Source of the DNA: Macrostomum hystrix
Taxonomy: Eukaryota > Animalia > Platyhelminthes
DNA: 64,000 bases
NCBI GenBank assembly: GCA_950097015.1
Contig: CATNEN010000012.1
Span: 2,604,001-2,668,000, forward strand
Direction of reading: 5' to 3'
Made by a program: the position numbers and the translations under genes. This document shows, piece by piece, positions 52,001 to 62,994 of this stretch. Within the stretch, counting starts at the first letter, position 1; each line of letters starts with the position of its first letter. The notes under the pieces are model-generated. The model was not told the DNA's origin and ran no database searches. It saw only the letters and a list, made by a program, of their open reading frames with translations.

Positions 52001-53559
52001 TAATTAGGTCAGGTGTGCGCTGAGGGATTTTGTGGATTGATCCCAGCGAAAATTCTGAGCACGAAAGCACACAGCGTCCTGATCCACCAAATGTCATGTT
52101 CCATAACGCAAAAAAATAAGAATAAATAGTAATACTAATAATTCCAGGAGGGCTTCGGGCAGTGGGACATCATTTGGTGACACTAGACCCGCAGCCAGCG
52201 AGGAGGCAATTCTGCCCATTTCGCTGACTCTGCCCATTTCGTGAGCACACACGCACACAGATACCGTACACAGGCACACGCACACACAGGTGTGTACACC
52301 TGCCTTGACTTTCTAATCGTCAGGTAGTGTGCACTCTCACTGTGCCTTGGAGGTTGGCCCTTAAGGGTGTAAATTGCACAATAAGCCACCAAGCCTTCTC
52401 TCCGCGGCTGCGCCCCAAATGAATGTGGCCTCGCCGTGGAATCGAACTTAGGCACCGTGGTGCGAGAGGCAAACGCGTTGACCGCTTTGCCACTCAACCT
52501 TCGTCATGTTCCATTCCTATTCTCATATTTTCAGATGCCCCAGCTGAGAATATCGTCCGTGGAGGTGGGCAAACAGCTGCGCAATCTGATCGATTTTCGC
52601 AGCTACCTGAACGCCAAATACGGTGAGTTTGTCAAAGTCAATCTGTCTTCTCAGCGCCTCCTTAACTACCATGAAAATAAACGAAAACTTCAGCAGACCA
52701 GAGCTACAGCTCAGGTGTCTCCTCAGCCGACCTCGAGCCGTTCGGAATCGGCAACGGCATCGAACTGTCTTCGTCTTCGTTGACAACAACTACACCGCCG
52801 CAGTCAGCCGATGACGGCGGCAGCGCGGGCGGACTTGGCGGCGGTGTAACGCCAAGTAGGAAACCGTCGCGCCGTCTTGGCCTCTTCCGCTCCAAGAAGT
52901 GGAAGTCGGCTAGTTTAGCGGATGCCTCTGAAGGCGTCGTTAGTGGCAACGGCAGCAGCGGCGGCGGCGGAGGCTTCAAGCGGCTGCTGTTATTCTCACG
53001 CAGCTCCGGTGGACGGAAGGCCAGTCGGGACGCAAATTACTACGAGAATGCGGACAACGGAGGTGGCAAAGATGTCGTGAGGACCACAGCAGCGACGTCC
53101 GCCGTCCAGAAGTCGAAGAGCGCGCACCAGTTGGCGCAGCCCGAACAGCGTCGCCGCCGGAGCTCAGAAACTCTAATGACGTCATCGCTGACAGTGGCTG
53201 CGGCTTCAGCAGTGCCAGACGAGCAGCTGCTGCAGACGGAGCGGCGGTGCCAGCGGCTCCTGGACCAGCTGGGGCAGTTGCGGGCCCGCTGTGATTCTGA
53301 GCGGGACCGTCGGGTGGCCGCCGAGACAGAGCTTCGGTCGATACGACAGGCCTACGAGCTACGGCTGGCTGATGCCGACTCGGCTGTCAAGCAGTGGCGA
53401 CAGCAGCTGCTGGCTGAGCGATCCGACATGCGCGACCAGCTTGACAGCCTGCGCCGAGAGAACCTGCGACTTCGGCAGACGCAGTCGACAGCCGGCCGCT
53501 CCCAGGACAGCGGCATCGCGTGCGGCGACTGCCCGTCCAGACGGCTGGAGTCGGACTGA
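38844..53559 (+). CDS. SH2 domain + tyrosine-kinase-fold pseudokinase + C-terminal coiled coil, 7 exons, 723 aa
   Basis: Exons are 38844-39106, 41061-41319, 49515-49621, 51327-51561, 51628-51981, 52535-52622 and 52694-53559. All introns are GT-AG and phase-compatible (2,0,2,0,0,1), totalling 2172 nt. SH2 motifs: WFFQEMS...GAFLVRSF...LALSYV..SVKH...FDCVQELVQHY. Kinase motifs: LDHANLIKLVG, ITEHINCGSL, QVANATAYLH..GVVHNEL..N, VKLSGFE, SDVWALG, CLHRMPQLR. Confidence 0.85.
39198..40375. repeat. 32-bp minisatellite (TTGGTTGTTGTTTGTCAACAATTCCTAGTCTC)n in kinase intron 1
   Basis: About 36 tandem units, each with an internal TTGTTG...CAACAA inverted repeat. Confidence 0.95.
41328..47392. repeat. 6-kb 41-bp satellite (GATTGGTTAATCATTCGAGCATTTGTCTCACTAATCCCTCA)n in kinase intron 2
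   Basis: About 148 units, starting about 8 nt after the donor at 41320. Rare variants recur at about 2.0-2.6 kb spacing. Confidence 0.98.
48962..49009. repeat. (GCA)n trinucleotide microsatellite
   Basis: About 16 units, intronic. Confidence 0.95.
50625..51305. repeat. 29-bp minisatellite (CCTAATCCTCA[TT/CA]GATCACTGATTATCCT)n in kinase intron 3
   Basis: About 23 units, ending about 20 nt before the acceptor at 51326. Confidence 0.95.
52115..52495 (-). mobile_element. tRNA-derived SINE, family B (well-preserved copy) in kinase intron 5
   Basis: The minus strand reads GAGTGGCAAAGCGG (A box)...AAGTTCGATTCC (B box). The body is shared with 2095-2372. Confidence 0.8.
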
Positions 53560-54369
53560 CTCTCATGGCTGACACTACTGTATCGTGTGATCTCTATTTG
53601 TGATTGTCTGTGAATAAGCTTGTGCAGTTGTTGGTCTCCAATGCTTCAGAGTTGGAGCTATACTACTGCCCATAGCAGTAGGATTGCTGGACAATCATTT
53701 TTGTACAGCCAGATGCGTTACTACTATTTGTTAATATAGACTTTCTTTTATGTCTAGGCAAAAGAACGGTGATTTGCTATATAGTCCTTGACATAGTCCA
53801 TACTAACCGTAGTATATGTTGCTACGTAGTATACGAGACACGGTAGTATATGTTGTTGCTACCTAACTTTGTCACCACTCTTCATTTAATGTGTTCTTTT
53901 CTATATTGACCGACGATAATCCAAAGCAAGAGGTTGTCATTTTTGGATTTTTTTGCCCAGCTATTATATGCGTTTCAGTTAAATATTCGAAAATAATATT
54001 TTACTAAAAATACAATGTTCAATAATAAATGTGTACTCACAGAAGTTATGCTAGATGAGACAGTGCAACAGAAGCAATCGAAGCAATTTTTATATGGACT
54101 TTTCAGCCTATTTCCACTTTCATGCAACATAAGTGTAGTGGAGCTGATTATTGTTTCTAAATGATAAATACAATATGAGGCAAGACGAAGTTAGACTATT
54201 TAGAGGACTAACTGTAGATATTTCAATACCTCGCATTTTTATCAGAATTTCACGCGTAGATAGTGAAACACCTTAGCCTGTAGTTTAATACTTTGCTAAA
54301 AAGAGCAGTTTGCAGTGAAACTCACAGTATTAAACTTTGTACTTTATATGCTTTTGATATCAGTACGCA

Positions 54370-54855
54370 GAACCCACCATCTCATTTTCTCTCAACCGCA
54401 CCACCCACCACCCCATTTGCTATCACTCACAAAACCTTCGCTCTCATTTTCTCTCACCCGCAAAACCTACAACCACATTTTCTCTCACCCGCATGACATA
54501 CCACCTCATTTTTTCTCACCCGCAAAACCAACAACCCCATTTTCTCTCACCCGCATCACCCACCACCTCATTTTCTCTCACCCGTAAAACCAACAACCCC
54601 ATTTTCTCTCACCCGCGTCACCCACCACCTCATTTTCTCTCACCCGTAAAACCAACAACCCCTTGACTTATCTTGACTTATCTGCAGGGCGGTCCGACAG
54701 ACGCAGCGGGGAGGCGGGAGTCGCCCATTCCGCTAATCCCTGAAAGATACCCGCATCTCACCCGTAAAACCAGCAACCCCATTTTCTCTCAACCGCAAAA
54801 CCCGCCACCCTATTTCTCTCTCCCAGCACCTATTCCCTGATTTTCTTTCAACCGA
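54370..54855. repeat. Degenerate composite tandem array (CATTTTCTCTCACCCG... units)
   Basis: Repeated ATTTTCTCTCACCCG cores alternate with CACCAC or AAAACCAACAACCCC spacers. Confidence 0.8.
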
Positions 54856-55754
54856 AGCATCCACTACAATCTCTATCGTTGGCTTAATCAGAAGACTTAA
54901 TTCGCTGAAGATAGTAATGTGATTAAGCCGAGGGTCGATTAAAGAGTGTTTCCCCGAAAGAGGGTTCTAAAAATAGAAGCGACGTAACCCTGTCTGACCA
55001 ATTCAATTGGACGCATAATGCAGGCTAAGTTTTGCAGCATAGGACTGTTCTGCCTTGTGCTTTACAGTGCTTTAATATCTAAAGTTGTTAAAAGCAACAG
55101 TTTTCTAATTAAAAAAAATTATCGCTACACAAGGCCCTCTGGATTTGAAATGACACAATGATGATTTAAGATCAATAAAGCATGATATTTTAAATATGAT
55201 CGATTAAGCATTTTTAGTATCTAATTTCTATAGAACTAATTAATAGAACTAACTTAAAATGAGGCATTTAAATAACAATTGAACAGCTTAAATCATTTTT
55301 TAAGTAGAAGTTGATCAAAGCGAAACAATTTACAGAGCTTGGGCTAATGCAATTTAATATTATTGCTAATACTAACGCAGTGTAGGCTGCAGTTTTTGTG
55401 CAATTCTATAAAAATCCTAGAGCATCCTTGAAATGGCAAGTGTAACAATAGCCGTATGATGAGTGCGGGCGCAATGACAAAGCCATGCGCATTGGAAGGC
55501 AAGCGGCGATGCGAACTTTGTTAGACTGTTTTGTATGAGTATGTTAGAGTCGAGTGCAGTCTTAAACACTACAGCAGGGGGTGCATTGTATCAATTGACT
55601 GTGAGCGAGTCTTGGTGATTAGAATAATTCAAGCCTATATAAATAAGACTAAATAACCTCTGAAATCTAAATCCCATCACCGCGCCCCCGAAATAAGCAG
55701 CACGTCAGATCATATGCATAATGAACAACACTTCTTCACTCTTTCTCTTGTTGC

Positions 55755-58700
55755 TCATTCCGCCGCCGCCTCCGTGGCGTCGGCTGACGGTCCGCCGTCG
55801 TGATTTCCGTCCTCGGTGGAGCCGACAACCCGGGGACCTTGGTCGGTGATGACCACCTTGTTGGTGGGCTTGATGCGCTGGTACTCCAAGCCGTACTGCG
55901 GGCCCTTGTAGAGCTCCTGGCGCTCGTCGAAACCGCGATGGTCCTTCACCCGCTCGTACTGGCTGTACATGATGATCTTCGGCTGCGGTTGAAGGTTGAG
56001 GTTAATCAGATATTATTGATTGAAAGGGGTGAGATAATATATGGCAGAGATCAGACAGGGGAGAAACGAGGCACGGAGAGATCAGATAAGCGTGAGGTGA
56101 GACACGAGAGAGATGAGACACGGGAGAGATGAGACAGGGGAGAGACGAGACGAGAGAGAGAGATGAGACACGGGAGAGATGAGACACGGGAGAGATGAGA
56201 CACGGGAGAGATGAGACACGGGAGAGATGAGACACGGGAGAGATGAGACACGGGAGAGATGAGACACGGGAGAGATGAGACACGGGAGAGATGAGACACG
56301 GGAGAGATGAGACACGGGAGAGATTAGACACGGGAGAGATGAGACACGGGAGAGATGAGACACGGGAGAGATGAGACACGGGAGAGATGAGACACGGGAG
56401 AGATGAGACACGGGAGAGATGAGACACGGGAGAGATGAGACACGGGAGAGATGAGACAGGGGAGAGACGAGACGAGAGAGAGAGATGAGACACGGGAGAG
56501 ATGAGACACGGGAGAGATGAGACACGGGAGAGATGAGACACGGGAGAGATGAGACACGGGAGAGATGAGACACGGGAGAGATGAGACACGGGAGAGATGA
56601 GACACGGGAGAGATGAGACACGGGAGAGATGAGACACGGGAGAGACACTTAGAAATCTGATATACTCAAAACTTTCCGAGGATTTCTGTATCAGTACTTT
56701 CAATCTGATTAAGCAATAAAAGTACATACCGGGATTCCACTCAGCTTCTCCGCAAGAGGATCTCTAAATTAAATTAAATTTTTCATGAATTAATGTCTTA
56801 ACTGTCTCAAAAAAGATTCCCCTTAATATCGAGTTGACAGGCAGACTCACGGAGCAGTTTGCACCTTGCTGCTGGAACCCTTCTGGCCTCTGAAGTAGTG
56901 TTTAGTGGAAAAAGTGATCATTATCTTGAGTCTTGCGCTGATTAAATGCAATGCGCGGGCACTCACCCCTTCTGCATCTGACGGGCTCGCTCGGACAGCT
57001 CCAGAATCTTAAATTAAATTTTTTTAATTTTTAGTGTTGGATTTTTACAAGCCTACGAGTAAGGTATTTACTTGCATAATTAATACTGATAATAGTTGAT
57101 TACACCTGCCACAATTCGGCCAGATGTGCACCCGACAGCAGCAAGTGCGCGGTGCATCTGCAGGCTGCGTACCCACCCACCCTCAATCACCCCTGCTTGG
57201 GGTATAAGGTTGGATTGGAGTCAGGAATCGAACCCCCGACATTCAAGACGTTAGTCCGATGCTCTAACCTCTAGGCTACAACCCCCTAGAATTTGCATGC
57301 TGTTTTATTCGAAGGCCGACGCTCGCGTTGCGAAGCTTGGCAAGTTTGGTCGATAAAACTATTCTAAAGATAAAAATATCTCCAAAACTATACAACCAAT
57401 TGCCATGAATATCCAGAACGCGGGATAAAAACTTCCGCGCTATCCGATGAAACAACTTTTAGAATCACAAAATCCAGAATCTCGGCATCGTCGAAATATT
57501 CAATATTCTGGTGGCCAAAGCCAACAATATAAGACTAAATTATGTGCTATCATTGTTGATTATATTGTATTGTAACAGACAGTTTAACAAACAGACTCGC
57601 CTCCATGTTCTGCGTCTTGAACCGCTGCTCGAGGTCATATTTGTCGCCCTCCAGGCCGTAGATGCGCTTGAACAGCTCCTTAGCCTTCTCCTGCAGCTGC
57701 TGCTCTCCGAAACCGTCGATATTTAACGGCTGCACCCGCTGCTCCAGGGTGGCCTTCTTCTCAGCTTCCAGCTGCTCCTTGCTCTTGCCCTGCTTGGACT
57801 CGTCCAAGCCGCCAATACCGGCCTGTGGCGGTTAGCGTGTTAAGAGGGTGACCTTCACTCAGTGAGTGCTGTGAGTGATTGTTGTGAGTGATTGTTGTGA
57901 GTGCAGTGAGTGTTGATGTACTGAATGGCCTTGGGCAGTGAGTGTTGATGTACTGAGTGGACCATGGGCAGTGAGTGTTGATGTACTGAGTGGACCATGG
58001 GCAGTGAGTGTTGATGTACTGAGTGGACCATGGGCAGTGAGTGTTGATGTACTGAGTGGACCATGGGCAGTGAGTGTTGATGTACTGATTGACCTTGGGG
58101 CAGTGAGTGTTGATGTACTGATTGATCTTGGAAGTAAGTGCTCATGTACTGAATGAGCTTGGGCAGAGAGTGTACTGCCGATAAAAGTTGCGCTTCTGTT
58201 ATAAGTTTCACATTTTAATCAGTAACAGCATCAGCGCCACCTTCTTGTAAAGCTTTGCAATAGAAATAAATTTACGAAAAAGCAGGGCAGGGCTCTACCC
58301 TGCTTAGCCCCCGGACAAATAAGAGTGAGGATGGCTGTACCCTGCTTAGCCCCCTGACAAATAAGAGTGAGGATGGCTGTACCCTGCTTAGCCCCCTGAC
58401 AAATAAGAGTGAGGATGGCTGTACCCTGCTTAGCCCCCTGACAAATAAGAGTGAGTGATGGCTGTACTCTGCTTAGCCTCCGGACAAATAAGAGTGAGGA
58501 TGGCTGTACCCTGCTTAGCCCCCTGACAAATAAGAGTGAGGATGGCTGTACCCTGCTTAGCCCCCTGACAAATAAGAGTGAGGATGGCTCTACTCTGCTT
58601 AGCCCCCTGACAAATAAGAGTGAGTGATGGCTGTACCCTGCTTAGCCCCCTGACAAATAAGAGTGAGGATGGTTGTACCCTGCTTAACCCCCTGACAAAT

Positions 58701-61073
58701 AAGAGTGAGGATGGCTGTTGATCACGAGAAGAAATTCCTTATAAATATTTAGTATGATTAGTGATTAACAACAGGTCCAATTATAGCTTTCCGCAGAGCG
58801 ATTTTTGCCAGGGGAAGCTAGCATACAAACGTGTCTTTGTGCAGTAGGTGAAGGAGAATGCAAGCAATTTGAGTTATTATAATGAAATAGAAATGCGAGC
58901 TATTGTAACCGCCACCAATAATGCACCGAGTTTAAACATTGATTACCTTTGTCTCATGCTGAAATATAAATAAAACGATTTTAATTATATAAAGAACTCT
59001 TCTACTGAAGTGTTTATTTATTAAGAAAATTCATATTTTCAGATGAAAACACACAGGTACTTTATTAATTTCAAATTTTTAAGTCATTTGGAAATTAAGC
59101 AAAAAATGTCATGTTTGATGTTTAATTAACCTACATAAAAATGAGGGTGAAAGAACAAAACTTCAAGGCTAAATAAACTAACGAAATTTACAAGTCAGTC
59201 GAATGCCGTGCTCACCTCGCCGCTCGACTTCTTACTGATGGTGAAATTCCGCTGGCTCTCGCTCTTCAGCCGTTCCTCGGCCTCGCGCTTCCGTCTCTCC
59301 CGCTCCTCCTTGCGCAGGGCCTCCTCTTCGCGCTTGCGGCGCTGGCGCTCTTCCTAGAATTTATCGGGATAGGCTGGGGGTCACTGCGAGCTGCGTCCAT
59401 AATGTACAGTGGCTAAAAATAGCCACTGACTATCCTCTATCCCGCGAGTAAACTTGAAAGCTCTTCTCTTCGTCAGCCAATCAGATCGCTTAAAAATATA
59501 CACATGTGTATATTTCTTATAAGATAAGAAATTATCATAGATGAAACGTGACTAGCTGCGTATATATAAATGTGTTGTGCCAAAAAAACAGCAACTATTC
59601 TCCTACACACACACGCTACACACATTTTAATGTGCACTTATAAGACGTGTACATAAATTAGGAATGATCGCAAACTCTGACCTCTTCGGCGCGTCGCTTC
59701 TGCTCTTCGACGGCGCGCATTTCAGCCAGCCGCTTCTCCTCTTCCGCTCTCTCTTGCTTGCGTTGCTCCTGACAAAAAGAAATTAATTTTTTTAATATAA
59801 TTAGATTAATTTTTAAAGTAGCTCGCGCTATTGGAAGTGAATTTTAAGCTGAAAGCTCACTCTCTTGGCACGCAGATCGGCAATCTCGGCCTGCAGTCGC
59901 TCCCGCTCCTCTTTGCGCATCTCCTCATATTCCTTCATCTCCTCCTCCATCTTGGCCATGCGCTTCTTCTTCTCCTCCTGTTGAGCGGGTGAATTGCGAG
60001 TGGATTTTTGAGGTGCACAAACTCAAATTGTTCGAATTAAAATTACACTTGTAGTAATTTTAAAGCCATATTTGCACTCACTTCCATGCGAATCTGCGCT
60101 TCGTTGCGTCCGCTGTCGTCACTGAAAGGAGGCAAGCCTACGATGTGCTTTAATCCATGAGCACGACCACGCCAAACCATTTTGCCCACCAACCAAAACC
60201 ATATTGTGCCCCACCACCCCTAAACCCTTTTGTGCCCCACCAGCCCTAAAGCCTCTTGTGCCCCACCACCCCCAAACCCTCTTGTGCCCCACCACCCCCA
60301 AACCCTCTTGTGTCCCACCACCCGAAACCCCTCTCAACTCACTCGCCGCCAAATACTGGCTGCTGTCGTGGTTTTTCAGCAGGCGCCGCGGAAGACGCGG
60401 ACAGCTGCGGCTCCTCCTCAGCGGTCCTCTGCTCTCTGCAGGTCATTTTTTGTTAGCTTTCAGTAAATTTCGCTATCTATTGGAGGCATGGCCGAGATAA
60501 TCAGCTAAAATCTCAAATGAATTTTGAGAATTTGAGAGCCAATTTGGGGATGGTCTAGTAAATGAATGAACTGATTTTCCGATCACCTAGGTGAATTATT
60601 AAGCGAGCTACTGATAAGATGATTGTAAAGTGACTCACTGAATGACCAAGATATACGTTTCTTACCAGCCACTGAATGACCAAGATATACATTTCTTACC
60701 AGCCACTAAATGACCAAGATATACGTTTCTTACCAGCCACTAAATGACCAAGATATACGTTTCTTACCAGCCACTAAATGACCAAGATATACGTTTCTTA
60801 CCAGCCACTAAATGACCAAGATATACGTTTCTTACCAGCCACTAAATGACCAAGATATACGTTTCGTACCAGCCACTGAATGACCAAGATATACGTTTCT
60901 TACCAGCCACTGAATGACCAAGATATACGTTTCTTACCAGCCACTAAATGACCAAGATATACGTTTCTTACCAGCCACTAAATGACCAAGATAGATTTTG
61001 TAACAGCTACTGAATTAAGAGGCTTTTGCAGCAAAGCCAGCTCTCAAACTCACTGCTGTTCCTCCTCAGACAT
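55755..61073 (-). CDS. TNNT: Troponin T (invertebrate muscle type), 11 coding exons, 352 aa
   Basis: Exons are 61073-61054, 60435-60343, 60121-60082, 59977-59861, 59768-59682, 59353-59216, 57822-57601, 57007-56967, 56889-56851, 56763-56730 and 55982-55755. They total 1059 nt and are phase-compatible. Hallmark motifs: MKEYEEMRKEERE, RNFTISKK, KSKEQLEAEKKATLEQRVQPLNIDG, KAKELFKRIYGLEGDKYDLEQR, LELSERARQM, DPLAEKLSGIPPKIIMYSQYERVKDHRGFDERQELY. Confidence 0.95.
56095..56645. repeat. 16-bp minisatellite (GAGATGAGACACGGGA)n in troponin T intron 10
   Basis: About 34 units. The reverse complement differs by one base from the array inside the hAT MITE at 10180-10726. Confidence 0.95.
57098..57286 (-). 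mobile_element. tRNA-derived SINE, family A (internally deleted copy 4) in troponin T intron 7
   Basis: Contains GATTACACCTGCC.CAATT.GGCCAGATG...GGAATCGAACC...CTAGGCTACAACC. Confidence 0.75.
57895..58150. repeat. 33-bp minisatellite (GTGAGTGTTGATGTACTGAGTGGACCATGGGCA)n in troponin T intron 6
   Basis: About 7 units. Confidence 0.92.
58295..58720. repeat. 42-bp minisatellite (GATGGCTGTACCCTGCTTAGCCCCCTGACAAATAAGAGTGAG)n in troponin T intron 6
   Basis: About 10 units. Confidence 0.93.
60205..60325. repeat. 26-bp C-rich repeat (TTGTGCCCCACCACCCCCAAACCCTC)n in troponin T intron 2
   Basis: About 4-5 units, G-rich on the transcribed strand. Confidence 0.85.
60637..60992. repeat. 34-bp minisatellite (CACTAAATGACCAAGATATACGTTTCTTACCAGC)n in troponin T first coding intron
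   Basis: About 10 units. Confidence 0.93.
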
Positions 61074-62994
61074 GCTGTCCTCCGGTTGTCGTGTGTTGGA
61101 TGAGTTCTCCTAACAATCAATGGCCCAGAAACTGCGCAACAGCTATATCTCGCTCTTTCTCTCTCTCTGTTTTTCCAATCGTTCTTTGAACGCAGGAATC
61201 CAAAGGAACAGGGTTCGAGCCAGGAATCCCAAATTCATAGTCATTTGCATCCGAAAGCTATACAGGCCAAACCCTGGACCTGGCCGGCCTCCCAAATCCC
61301 CCTCCCCGGTTCCCTCATCCCTTGAAGTTTACCTCCGCGCCGGCGTGGCAGTTTTCATTTAGCCTCGGTTTGCCCCCGAAACCCCACTGCAGGCCAGGGC
61401 CAGCCCCCATCGGTGAAGCAGTTCAGGAAACTGCGGTAAACACCAATGCATACACACAGACACACATAGAAACTGGCGATGCTGAAGGCTATGGAAAGCA
61501 AAATCGATGGCCAACATCCACATTGCTAACTGCTCTACCAATCATTCTAAACCTCTGTACCCTCACTCTCCGTCTATCTCCTTTTCCCAAATCCCAGATA
61601 CTTTTCTCTTCCCATTTTTTCTCCTTTTTATCATCGATTTTTCTCGTGAGGTGCGGGCTTTCGGGGCCGCCCACCTGGCGCAGTGTTTTTACTCCAGCTG
61701 GGACGAAAGCGTAACTATCCCCCGCACTCTCCCCTCTGCCTCCCCCCTCTCTCTCGTTGCTATGCCGTTTCTCGCATTCCATTAGGTCGGTCCGCGCAAT
61801 AGCCAAGCACGGCACTCAAATAAGTTGTGCTGAAAGCAACTTTTCTTTGAATGAAAAAAGATACGAAAATGATAAAAAATCTATGTAAAAACTCGTGTAT
61901 CACAATGGTAGATTGAATAGTATGTTGCAGAGTTGAATCGCTACGCGAACTCGTGTTTTGAGCCATTGTTTAACACTTCTTGTTGTCATTGTTCAACACT
62001 TTTCTTGCGATTGCTTCAAAATTTTTATGATATTATTTCACACTTTTTTTGCCTAGGGTTTCCGCCATTGATGACACAATTTTTGTAGCATTTGTTGGGT
62101 CTGGGCTAAGTTGTTAGGGTTGTAGCCTGCATAGACTCAACTATACTCCGTGTCCAATGATAATTGAGATTCCAGCTGGCGCGACAGCAGTACTCAATGG
62201 GCCGTATGCACCCAGCAACATTAAAGACTCAGTTGGCGGGCACACGGGAATACACATGGACCACTAGAAGAAGACTTCTTCTAGTGGTCCTTGGCAATAC
62301 ATTTGAAAGCAAAACGTCGTCTATGGGTCAAGTTTGCGCTGTGCTGTTATTGTTACCAGCCCTTTGCTATTTACGGGCAAATATTTGCACCCTATAACGG
62401 ATGTCTATGGCTTTCTTGCCCGCAAAATACGAATTAGTATAATTTTAAATATAGTATAAATTTGGCATTCGGCCTAACGGCGCCCTCTGGTTTTCCGATT
62501 TTTGCCCTAAAAGCATATACTAATGTGAATGCGATATATCCCTATTCTTTGTAATGAACAAAATTGGAATGCCAAATTTATCTGCGCAGATTCTGCAGGT
62601 TTCTCAGCATACAGAATTTTTTGATACAAAGTTTGCTTTTCACTTCTGCGCATCTCTGATCATCCCTGAGGCCCGGTAGGACCCCCGCTAGCAACCATCA
62701 ACGCAGGAGAAGGTATTAAGCCGAATCTTTGAAGTCTTTAATACCGATGTTTAGCTAATTCAGATCAGTTCAATTCAATTCAGTTTTTGGTATCGATTGG
62801 ACTGGGCCACAAATGAAGGGTCGATGGGACGGCGAATGCTTATAGCTAAGACAGGTAGAAACAGAGAATGTGCCCCACTATAAAATGCGACTTGAATTTT
62901 GCTAGGGAAAAAGCTTGAAAACTGAGTTTAGAAGGCGGATAGTGGAGCAAGAGTTTGTCGGAATCAAACCCCACGGAAAATTGACTGCAGCCGA

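Noticed and set aside
52780-53559. Stand-alone coiled-coil gene
   Set aside because: It is in frame with the kinase exons via a 71-nt phase-1 intron (52623-52693) with a CTTAAC branch site, so it is treated as the last exon.
38844-53559. Assignment as JAK or Src-family kinase
   Set aside because: No FERM or SH3 domain is seen, and there is no second active kinase domain after the pseudokinase; no gene symbol is assigned.
1772-57286. All six SINE copies lie on the minus strand
   Set aside because: The sample is too small; six of six in one orientation has probability about 1/32 by chance.
55800-57726. Plus-strand ORFs overlapping troponin T exons
   Set aside because: They are antisense shadows of GC-rich coding exons.
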